Source: Candidatus Sigynarchaeum calidifontis (GTDB lineage: Archaea; Asgardarchaeota; Lokiarchaeia; Sigyniarchaeales; Sigyniarchaeaceae). From it: DNA of 64,000 bases. This document shows positions 9,874-18,078 of this stretch, piece by piece. The position numbers and the translations under genes are program-made. The stretch lies in assembly GCA_030587475.2 (NCBI GenBank), contig JAUQYZ020000253.1, forward strand, positions 10,553 to 74,552. The letters run 5' to 3'. The notes under the pieces are model-generated. The model worked only from the letters and a program-made list of their open reading frames with translations, did not search any database and was not told the origin of the DNA. Every line of letters starts with the position of its first letter. Position 1 is the stretch's first letter.

Positions 9874-10608
9874 ATGCTCGGCTCGGCATTCCTGCGGTTC
9901 GTGGGCGGGCACTTCACGGTGAAGGCCGCGATCGCCTTCATCGTCGCCGTCATGGGTATAATCGCCACGTGCCTCGTCATTTCCTGGCAGCTCTACGAAA
10001 CTTGCAGCGGCGGCGGGGAATTCAACCTCGTCGATTACCAGATTTCGTTCCTCGGCGACCCGCTCACGAACCCGTGTGGCCATCACCTATTCACGGCAAC
10101 CCTCTGGACGCTGGGCTGTGCCGCCGTCCCGCTGCTGTCGTTCTATCGCCGTGCGCTCGCGGCGCTCGAGGCCCGCGTGGCTGGCGTGTTCACTTTTTTC
10201 TTCGCCCTCGGCATTCCCGCCATGTTCGTTGTCGGCATCGTCCCGTGGTCCTTGGATCCGGACGTTCACATCATCTCCGCGGGCATGGCGTTCGGCGGCG
10301 CTGGCGTCGCGTATCTCCTCGCGGGCATCGGGATCATCATTGCCAGGGTACGCGATCGTGCCGGCAAGATCCCGGCAAGCCTCGTCATGCCGTTCCTCGT
10401 GTACGTCCCGTTCGTCATCCTCGGGATCTGGGTGCAAATGGGCAACTATCTCGAGTACGGACGGGTCTACAACGTGGGCGAATCGTGGCGATCGTTCTTG
10501 CTTTGGGAATGGCTGCTGTTCTTCGCGGTGCTTTCCATGTGCGCTTCCACGACGATTGCCCTCGCCCGGCCCGCTAGATCACGAGCAAAGCCCACCCGCG
10601 AACGATAG
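9874..10608 (+). CDS. DUF998/Frag1-like membrane protein
   Basis: About 6 TM helices, YQISFLG.P..NP, H..SA..AF, LWEWLLF. Confidence 0.6.
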   Translation: MLGSAFLRFVGGHFTVKAAIAFIVAVMGIIATCLVISWQLYETCSGGGEFNLVDYQISFLGDPLTNPCGHHLFTATLWTLGCAAVPLLSFYRRALAALEARVAGVFTFFFALGIPAMFVVGIVPWSLDPDVHIISAGMAFGGAGVAYLLAGIGIIIARVRDRAGKIPASLVMPFLVYVPFVILGIWVQMGNYLEYGRVYNVGESWRSFLLWEWLLFFAVLSMCASTTIALARPARSRAKPTRER

Positions 10609-10666
10609 CGGGGTTCTCGATAGACAAACTATCAATGAAGATGGCATTCCGCGTGCAGAAACGACG

Positions 10667-11050
10667 TTAAACTTTCTGCTGCTTGGCCAGGATGGCGACA
10701 CACAGCTCGTCGCTACCGACCTTCAAGGCCTTCACGATGCGGGCATCCGTGCTTTCGAAATGCACGTCGAGGAACAAAAACACGGGTGATTTCAATTTTT
10801 TAGAAAGAAGCTCCGATGTAGTCTTCGCGATGACCTCGTACTTGAAATTCGTGAGCGGTAGCGCGGACGAAACAACCGGCGCCTCGGCAAGACGCGTTGG
10901 TGCCGCGATCGCCATGTTCCCGAGGCCGGGCGCCCCGCTCGCGTCATCGGTCACGAGCACGACATAGGCGTTCCGCAGCCGGATCGCGTGGTAGAAAAAG
11001 GTGATGGGGCCGATCGAGGCCTGGTGCTCGTAGATTTCCCCCAGTGGCAT
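10667..11050 (-). CDS. proteasome assembly chaperone 4 (PAC4/PSMG4)-like protein
   Basis: FYHAIRLRNAYVVLV...LGNMAIAAP...VSSAL...SELLSKKLKSPVFLFLDV follows the PSMG4 pattern as recalled (HFHVMRL..SLFLWV..L.NLAVA...LAQRLARK..KQVFVS); similar length. Confidence 0.6.
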   Translation of the reverse strand: MPLGEIYEHQASIGPITFFYHAIRLRNAYVVLVTDDASGAPGLGNMAIAAPTRLAEAPVVSSALPLTNFKYEVIAKTTSELLSKKLKSPVFLFLDVHFESTDARIVKALKVGSDELCVAILAKQQKV

Positions 11051-11057
11051 GGCTTCA

Positions 11058-11891
11058 TCAGTCCAGGCTTATCTTGCCCCCGGAAAACAATTCACGGATG
11101 ACCTCGTCGGTCGTGAAATTCTCGTGGACGAGCTTGCACAGCGCCCTGGTGAGGAGAGTCGGATCCTTGGACTGGAAAATGTTACGCCCGAATGCCACGC
11201 CCCGCGCGCCAGCTTTCATAGCGTCCTCGACCGTTTGGAACAGTTTCTTGATGCCATCGACCTTTGGCCCCCCGGCGATGATGATCGGGGCGGGACACCC
11301 CTTGACGACCTCCTTGAAGCTATCGATGTCGCCAGTGTAGTTGGTCTTGATGATGTCGGCACCCAGCTCGGCGCCGAGGCGTGCCGCGAGCTTGACGGCG
11401 TCCGGGTCGTGCTCGCTCTTGACCTTGGCGCCCCGCGGGTACATCATGGCAAGGAGCGGATAGCCCCAGTGGCGACATTGCTTGGACACGTGACCCAGGT
11501 CCCGCAACGCTTCGGGCTCGTTCTCCGCCCCCACGTTAATATGCACGCTCACCGCGTCGGCGCCGATCTTGATGGCCTCCTCGATATCGGTGACGAGGGT
11601 CTTCTGGTTGGGGTCGGGCGCGAGCATTGTCGAGGCCGACAAGTGGATGATGAGGCCAATGTCCCGCCCGGCCATGCCCACGGAGCCCCGGTGGCCGTAC
11701 AACGGCACGAGCAAGTGCCCCAGAACTGCATCCGCGCCGCCCTCGGCGACCATGTTCACCATCTTCGGCAAATCCTCGATTCCCTGGATGGGACCAACCG
11801 TGACGCCATGATCCATTGGTATTATAACCGATTTACCCGTTTTCCTGTTCATGATGCGCTCCAGGCGCACTTTTTTCCCGATCATGCTCAT
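11058..11891 (-). CDS. 2-amino-3,7-dideoxy-D-threo-hept-6-ulosonate synthase (DhnA-type class I aldolase, AroA')
   Basis: [71 protein letters not shown]. Confidence 0.85.
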   Translation of the reverse strand: MSMIGKKVRLERIMNRKTGKSVIIPMDHGVTVGPIQGIEDLPKMVNMVAEGGADAVLGHLLVPLYGHRGSVGMAGRDIGLIIHLSASTMLAPDPNQKTLVTDIEEAIKIGADAVSVHINVGAENEPEALRDLGHVSKQCRHWGYPLLAMMYPRGAKVKSEHDPDAVKLAARLGAELGADIIKTNYTGDIDSFKEVVKGCPAPIIIAGGPKVDGIKKLFQTVEDAMKAGARGVAFGRNIFQSKDPTLLTRALCKLVHENFTTDEVIRELFSGGKISLD

Positions 11892-12001
11892 GACATTCAC
11901 TTGTTCATTTTTAACATGGTTTCGATGCGCTCTTCACCACGCATCGCGTGGATCGACTCTCTTTGAGGATAGAAAAGGAGCCGGGAAAAAAACGATCGCG
12001 A

Positions 12002-12421
12002 TCAGCTCGTCTTGATGATCTCGATGTCCACGGCCTTGAACTGGGGGATCTTCTGGAATCTCTCCTTGATGGTGCTCATTATATCGCTACCCTGCATCTC
12101 CACGTAGGCCTCGTAGCAGCACTCCTTCTCGTGAAAGCAGATCCCGCTGGTATGGACGGTCGTGATACGCAGGTCGTAGATGATGTCGGCGATGCTCTTC
12201 ACGGTCTGGGGAGAGAACTCGGTCAGATGCACGACGATCTTCAGCACCTCCTTGGCCTTGCAAGGGATGATGGAGATCTTCATGTTGTCTGGGCGGGAGT
12301 TGAAGATAACGAGGTAACTACTGGCCTCCGCGGTAAACTGGCGGAGTGCTTCCGGCGGAATCACCAGCGTGGTGAGGTTTTCTCGCGTGAGCATGATACC
12401 CGTCGATATATGCTGGCTCAT
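12002..12421 (-). CDS. ACT-domain protein with a possible N-terminal AbrB-like segment
   Basis: TLVIPPEALRQF resembles AbrB. C-terminal beta-alpha-beta-beta-alpha-beta pattern (KIVVHL...SIADIIYDLRITTVHTSG...YEAYVE...IKERFQKIP.FKAVDI). Start at ATG 12421 avoids overlap with the upstream gene. Confidence 0.6.
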   Translation of the reverse strand: MSQHISTGIMLTRENLTTLVIPPEALRQFTAEASSYLVIFNSRPDNMKISIIPCKAKEVLKIVVHLTEFSPQTVKSIADIIYDLRITTVHTSGICFHEKECCYEAYVEMQGSDIMSTIKERFQKIPQFKAVDIEIIKTS

Positions 12422-12440
12422 TTCTAGTTCATCCCTTCTC

Positions 12441-13892
12441 TCAATCTTTTCTAATGCGATCCTTGTCGACGCCATCATTATCTTTTTTCAACCGATCAGC
12501 GTCGATTCCGGATTTCTTGATGAATTTGCTCGTGATTTTATCGACGATCACGTCGAACGGCGAATCATCGAGTAGCCCAGCGCTAGTGCTTGTAACCGGT
12601 GCGTCAGCCTGCTTCTGCTCCTTGGCCGGGGGTACGAAAGCAGGTGGCGATCCGGCCATCATGTCCTCGCCAGGAAACAAGTCCTTCAAGTCCTCGCGCA
12701 CATCCGCGGCAACTTGCGGGGGAATGAATGGCCGCGGGATCCGGGCGATCTTTTCCTTGTCTGGCAGGGCGTTTTGTATGTATTCGGGAAATTGATCCAC
12801 GATATCGATGTCCGTCTTGAGCATAACATAGACCGTTCCTTGATATTCGAATTCATCGATGATATTGTCATTTTTGAGGTCCTCGATCACGTTGATCTTC
12901 GTGGCGACGACCGGTCCCTGGCGCAAGATGGCCCCGATCTTGGCCTTCGGGATCGGCATCTTCCGCAGCTCGGAGATGAGGTTGTAATGCTTCGGCATCG
13001 CCATGGCCGAGAACAGCTTGAGCTTGTCCGCATCATCCTTGTCGGACTTGTAGTTGCTGAAATACGCACCCACGAGGCTGATATAGTGCTCGATGACCGG
13101 CCGCGGCAAGTCGACCTGGTCGGCATTATCGAAGAGCTCCATCGCGCACGCCGGCGGAACCCGGTGCACGTCGATGTCTTTCACGAGGATGGCGTAGGTC
13201 TCTGGCCCGATCTTGTTGATGACGATGAATTTTTGCTCCTCGAGCATGGAAATGATCTTGTCGAAGTCCCTGTTGAAGTGCTGCTCCTCGAACCACTGGC
13301 GCAGCTCGTTATAGCGAACGGGATGCTTGGAAAGCTTGCGGATCGTGTTGTAGATCGCCGGGTTGACCATCAAGTTCGCGATGATCTCCTCGTGGCTTTT
13401 CTGCCGGATCTCTTCCTTCGTGGAATAATAGAGCTCCTTGAGCCACTTCATGACGATGGCGTAGCTCTGGTTCAGCTCAGCGTCGCTTTCGCTTGGGATG
13501 ATCGATTCTGAGCCTGGTGCAATTTTGGGAGAATGGTAGAAAGCTTTGAATAAGTCCGCCCGTCCGTGCATCTTGGTCACAAAATCGGTAATCCATGAAA
13601 GAATTTCGAGCTCCTTATCCGAGCTAGGCTTTTCCTTGAAAATAATAGAGCACATCAGCATTTCCTTGAGACCCCGCGCCCAGTCACTCTTGATCTCGAA
13701 ATAATAATTGAGGGACGTCGCGAAATCCTTGGTATTCAAGGAATGCCAGAACCAGCCCTCGTTCGTCGTTTGATCGAAGATCTGGTTCAGTGTCATCTTC
13801 TCCTCCTCGCCGACCTTCTCGGGGTACTCCATGTAGACTGTGGGCCCGATTTTCCGGTCGAAATAGCTTAACGCGACGATGAGCTCTGCCAT
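12441..13892 (-). CDS. folliculin/NPRL2-like longin (uDENN) protein with two winged-helix-like repeats
   Basis: N-terminal IVALSYFDRKIGP and YYFEIKSDWARG. Two internal repeats (YNTIRKLSKHP...MLEEQKFI...YAILVKDIDV and YNLISELRKMP...DLKNDNII...YVMLKTDIDI). Low-complexity tail. Confidence 0.7.
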   Translation of the reverse strand: MAELIVALSYFDRKIGPTVYMEYPEKVGEEEKMTLNQIFDQTTNEGWFWHSLNTKDFATSLNYYFEIKSDWARGLKEMLMCSIIFKEKPSSDKELEILSWITDFVTKMHGRADLFKAFYHSPKIAPGSESIIPSESDAELNQSYAIVMKWLKELYYSTKEEIRQKSHEEIIANLMVNPAIYNTIRKLSKHPVRYNELRQWFEEQHFNRDFDKIISMLEEQKFIVINKIGPETYAILVKDIDVHRVPPACAMELFDNADQVDLPRPVIEHYISLVGAYFSNYKSDKDDADKLKLFSAMAMPKHYNLISELRKMPIPKAKIGAILRQGPVVATKINVIEDLKNDNIIDEFEYQGTVYVMLKTDIDIVDQFPEYIQNALPDKEKIARIPRPFIPPQVAADVREDLKDLFPGEDMMAGSPPAFVPPAKEQKQADAPVTSTSAGLLDDSPFDVIVDKITSKFIKKSGIDADRLKKDNDGVDKDRIRKD

Positions 13893-14256
13893 TCTCAGGA
13901 TCTCTTCATTTCTTCACACATAAAGCCCCGTAGGACGAGGGCCACGCGACATGGCCCGTGATCGATGATGCGTGGATAGTCGGTTTCTCCGTGTATCGTA
14001 TAGCTAAGCAAATAGCACGATAAATAGTTAAGCGCGCGTGACGTGGTGCCACGTTCGAGTCATCCATGAGGGGATTATCGAGCCCCTAAAATGCCCCGTT
14101 GCCCCCCGATCGTGCCCCCCACATCCCGCTGACACACAAATTCATTGCGCATTGTAACTTACATTTACTTGATAGTGGTTGATAATAGCTGGCATGAAAA
14201 TCTTTTACACGGAAAACCGATGATGTTAATTCCATAATTCTATTTGGTGCTCTTAA

Positions 14257-15201
14257 TTGAGTGGAGTGAAAATCCTTTTTGCCGGTCTTGATAGTGCAGG
14301 AAAAACTTCTTTCCTGAACGCGCTGGAGGAGAAATACAGCACTTTACCGAATATCAAACCCACGTTTGGCCCAGACCGGCGCGAGTTTTCGATTTTCGGC
14401 TTCACGATCTCGAACTGGGACCTCGGCGGTCAGGAGACGTATCGAAAGGAATATATCCAAGAAAAGGAGCGTTATTTCTCCAGCCTGAACGCCCTCTTCT
14501 ACGTGGTGGACATCCAAAACACGCGGCGGGACGACGAGGCGTTCGGGTACTTGAAATCGATCATCGACGTGCTCGACGAGTTCAAGGAGAATCCGGCAAT
14601 CATCGTGTGCTGGCACAAGTGCGACAAGGACCTCGAGGCCAAGCCGGAGACGGTCGACCGCATCGCGAAGCTGGAAAACCGGCTAGCCATGACCATCGGC
14701 ACGCGCAAGGCCAAGACGTTCAGGACCAGCATCTTCGACAAGTGGACGCTGCTCAAGGCGTTCTCGCAAGGCCTCCTTGCGGTCTCGCCCAAGACCATGA
14801 TCATCGAGTCCCAGCTCAAGGACTTCGCGCGCAAGACGTTCTCCAGCGCCGTGATGGTCCTCGATTCCAACCACTTGCTCCTGGGTTCGCACACGACGTC
14901 ACCTGCCTTGCAAGAGGTCTGCGAGGCCATCGTCCCGCATTTCGCGGTCGCTGCGGAGCGCGTCGGCCAGTACGACATCAACTTGCTGAACCTCGTGCTG
15001 AGCCTCAAGCCGGGCAAGTACTACGCCGACCTCATCCAGGGCAAGGACATGGTCATCTTGTTCATCCCGCTCAAGGTGGGCACGTTGACCTTCTCGGTGC
15101 TCTCGCTCACGAAGAACCCGAAGACCCTCAAGCTGCTGCTCAAGCACAGCGACGCTCTCGCCAGCAACATGGAGGACATCATCAAGTCATTCTATTTCTA
15201 G
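14257..15201 (+). CDS. Rag/Gtr-like (Arf-related) GTPase with a C-terminal roadblock-like domain
   Basis: GLDSAGKTS, KPT, WDLGGQ, Rag-type G4 HKCD and G5 RTSIFD, TLLKAFS, then about 135 aa of roadblock-like CTD (AVMVLDSNHLLLGS). TTG/GTG start uncertain. Confidence 0.85.
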   Translation: MSGVKILFAGLDSAGKTSFLNALEEKYSTLPNIKPTFGPDRREFSIFGFTISNWDLGGQETYRKEYIQEKERYFSSLNALFYVVDIQNTRRDDEAFGYLKSIIDVLDEFKENPAIIVCWHKCDKDLEAKPETVDRIAKLENRLAMTIGTRKAKTFRTSIFDKWTLLKAFSQGLLAVSPKTMIIESQLKDFARKTFSSAVMVLDSNHLLLGSHTTSPALQEVCEAIVPHFAVAAERVGQYDINLLNLVLSLKPGKYYADLIQGKDMVILFIPLKVGTLTFSVLSLTKNPKTLKLLLKHSDALASNMEDIIKSFYF

Positions 15202-15218
15202 AATCCAAGCGAGCGTTT

Positions 15219-17402
15219 TCAAGGGATGCAAGGCGGTTCGCAGCCCCGATCGCGAGCCTGGAGGGCGCGGGTCACCGCGCGCTTCAGCCCCTTGAGATCT
15301 GGGGTGAGGACGCCGTTGAGCGCGGCGAACACCGAATTGGCGAGGGTTTCGAGCCGCGCAGCCTTGGGCATTCCTTCCACGAGCGGTAGCACGCGGGCAA
15401 TTTGCTCCTCGACGCGGGTATGCAAGGGTTGTAAATGTTCGCCACCGCACTTCTCGGCATCTCGAAAGAACCAGCCTTGTTTTTCTATCCAGACATAGCC
15501 CGGATCTTCGTGCAAGAAACGATCGAGGGGGCGGCTCATGTCCGGCGGCATGAACCCCATCTCCACGAGCTGGAGGTCGAGCAAGGAGAGCAAGGAACTG
15601 AACGGGACCGGTTCCCCGCGGCGTGAGAGGATCGAGTCGATGGCTTGCTTCAAGACGGCGCCCTCGTCGGCAATCCTTCGCAGGCCCGGACCGGTTGCCG
15701 TGAACGGCTTCACGAAGGTGATGATGTAGTCCCCGGTCGGGCTGCCAGCCGCGTGCAACAAGGATTTCTCCGACGGGCGGGGCGGGGGCTGGTACACGGT
15801 TTGCTGGAACGAGAAGCCGGAATCGAGCATGCCATCGTAGAGCAAGCCGCGCACGCGAGCATCGGTGTCGTGGAATGTCACGGTCATGTACCGCCCCGGC
15901 TTGAGAACACGAAAGCATTCACGAAAGGTAGCACCAAGCATGGCCTTGTACGTGCCGAAATCCTTGCCTTGTCCCGCGTTGACCGTGATCTCGTTATGGA
16001 ACGCGTCTTGCAACACGTGCGCCAAATCATGCGGGTGTTGCCATGCGAGGAAAAACGCGGCGAGTTCGGCGTATTGGATCGAGTCGCCGTACGGCGGGTC
16101 GGTGAAGATGTAATCGATCGACGCGTCAGGGATCCCCGCCAATTGCTGTGAATGACGCGTTTCGACGAGCGCCGTTTTTCCCTTGTTGGCGAAGAAATCG
16201 GCCTCGCTCGCAGCGATTTCCAGGACGGCGGGCTCGATCTCGTCGAGAACTCGCCAGCCCGCTGCGACCGATGTCTTGCGCGACAGCCACCAGCATGCCG
16301 GGTCCTCGATGCACACCTTGCACCAGCGCTGAGCGCCATCCTCCCAGCCCGACTTCGCGCGCAGCCCGTTCAAGATCTTGGCGACCCGCTCCCGGTAACC
16401 GCCCGCAACGTTCACTTCGAAGTATTCCGTTGGGTTCCAGAAGAAATGATGCGTCCACGATCCGACCTCGTACTTGCCGAGTGCCCGTCGCTCGCGCTGC
16501 TTGATGACCCAGACCATCTTGCTCGCTTGGGGAAGCATGCTGGAGAACGTGAAGCGCAGCATGTCCTTGACCGCTCTCTGCCGATCATCTTCCGCCGGGA
16601 TCGCCTCGATCGCCTTCCAAAACGCGTGCACCGCGATCAAGTTACGTGGCGTGAATAAATTACGGAGCCGCGGGTCTTGCCGCATGCCATGCCGCAGCTG
16701 CAAGAACGAAAAGCCGTTGGGATAGACCAGTGGCATGTCAAGGGACGGCAAGTCGTCGATCACTTGCTTGTACGCCGCGCTTTTTGCCAGCTCCGCCTGG
16801 GATGATGCCTCGCCATGCGATGGGTTCCCAGTCGACGTTCCGCACCTGCTGCACTGGCAGTAAAACCGGTACGGCTGGCTGACCCGGCGAGCGATCGATA
16901 ACCCGGTCATCCCACACGCGCTGCACGTGAATGCTGCGTCCTTGTTTCGAGGGTTGGCTGGCAAGTCGAGAAGATTTCCGCAACGACATTCCACCACGTC
17001 TCGCCAAAGCACGTGCGTGATCGTTGCAAGTTTTTCACACGCCGGGCACGATATAGAATAAAGACATTCGATGGATGGGGAGACCTGGTCATAAATGGAC
17101 TTCGCCAACCGCTCGAACTCGGTATAATCGACGCGGGCAATGGTGTTTCTAGAAATAAAGGTCGCGAGAGGGTTGGTGTCGAAGGAGATGACGCGCCGCC
17201 CAAGCCGAAGTGCCTCGTTCAGCGTGACGCCCGAACCACCGAACGGGTCTAATACGACCTCGCCCGGCCTGGAATAATTCGTGATATACGCCGCGACGAT
17301 GTTATATGGCTTCCTCGACCAGAATTTGTGCATCAAATACTCGGGCGTATGGTTATGCGGAAAAATTGGCCGTGCGATGTGATCCTGGCGCATCGGGGTC
17401 AT
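15219..17402 (-). CDS. amino (N6A/N4C) DNA methyltransferase with a zinc-ribbon insertion
   Basis: MHKFWSRKP, VLDPFGGSG (motif I), several CxxC, FTDPPY (motif IV), ECFRVLKPG. ATG at 17402 overlaps the upstream stop (ATGA). Confidence 0.88.
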   Translation of the reverse strand: MTPMRQDHIARPIFPHNHTPEYLMHKFWSRKPYNIVAAYITNYSRPGEVVLDPFGGSGVTLNEALRLGRRVISFDTNPLATFISRNTIARVDYTEFERLAKSIYDQVSPSIECLYSISCPACEKLATITHVLWRDVVECRCGNLLDLPANPRNKDAAFTCSACGMTGLSIARRVSQPYRFYCQCSRCGTSTGNPSHGEASSQAELAKSAAYKQVIDDLPSLDMPLVYPNGFSFLQLRHGMRQDPRLRNLFTPRNLIAVHAFWKAIEAIPAEDDRQRAVKDMLRFTFSSMLPQASKMVWVIKQRERRALGKYEVGSWTHHFFWNPTEYFEVNVAGGYRERVAKILNGLRAKSGWEDGAQRWCKVCIEDPACWWLSRKTSVAAGWRVLDEIEPAVLEIAASEADFFANKGKTALVETRHSQQLAGIPDASIDYIFTDPPYGDSIQYAELAAFFLAWQHPHDLAHVLQDAFHNEITVNAGQGKDFGTYKAMLGATFRECFRVLKPGRYMTVTFHDTDARVRGLLYDGMLDSGFSFQQTVYQPPPRPSEKSLLHAAGSPTGDYIITFVKPFTATGPGLRRIADEGAVLKQAIDSILSRRGEPVPFSSLLSLLDLQLVEMGFMPPDMSRPLDRFLHEDPGYVWIEKQGWFFRDAEKCGGEHLQPLHTRVEEQIARVLPLVEGMPKAARLETLANSVFAALNGVLTPDLKGLKRAVTRALQARDRGCEPPCIP

Positions 17403-17914
17403 CGCTTCTTCTCGTTCTGGTACGTGCCGCTGTATCCCGTGGCGAGCTTCTTTGCTGTCTTGAGAAAGATGATCTGGCCGATACGGGCCTTGTTGTATAG
17501 CTTGATGCCATGTGGATTGGCCACGAGGAAGAGTCCCCGGCCATAACCAGAATAGCCCGAATCCCACAGCGCAGATGCAAGGTACACGCCGCCCGCCATC
17601 AACGTGGATCGAGGGAGGATGACGCCGACGCAGTCGAGGGGAACGGTCACTTTCTGGCCATAGGCGACCATGTACGAGCCTTGCTCCAGATCCCAGTAGG
17701 AACTGAACGGATCCTTCTCGTCTATATAAGTGAAGGGAACCTCGACTAAGTCTGGATTCTTTCTCCTTGAATTGTCGAAATCGACGACCAGTTTGGAAGC
17801 GAACTTGAAGACCTTGTTAACCGTGATATCGACGCCGTTCACAACCTTCTGTTTTACCGCGTCGACGAGGTCCTCGACACACTTGATCGCGTCATCGGAG
17901 GACATGACTACCAT
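17399..17914 (-). CDS. archaeal dUTPase / dCTP deaminase-family protein
   Basis: NGVDIT, PRSTL, ALWDSGYSG.G, ARIGQIIF, GYSGTYQNE. Confidence 0.85.
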   Translation of the reverse strand: MVVMSSDDAIKCVEDLVDAVKQKVVNGVDITVNKVFKFASKLVVDFDNSRRKNPDLVEVPFTYIDEKDPFSSYWDLEQGSYMVAYGQKVTVPLDCVGVILPRSTLMAGGVYLASALWDSGYSGYGRGLFLVANPHGIKLYNKARIGQIIFLKTAKKLATGYSGTYQNEKKR

Positions 17915-18078
17915 ATGGTAAAATAATTTCATCAACCTTTTTGAACCGGGCTATTAACGTGTCGACACCTCGGTGCTTGCTCGTGAGCGCACGAAACGAC
18001 TCATGTTTGGATCTTTCGCACAAGGGTTAACTACAAGAAAAACGCTTAGGAAATCATCGGACACGGGCCATATCCGAA

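Noticed and set aside
17403-17567. N-terminal extension of the methyltransferase in the ORF track
   Set aside because: It overlaps the dUTPase gene in another frame; the ATGA-coupled start at 17402 is more plausible.
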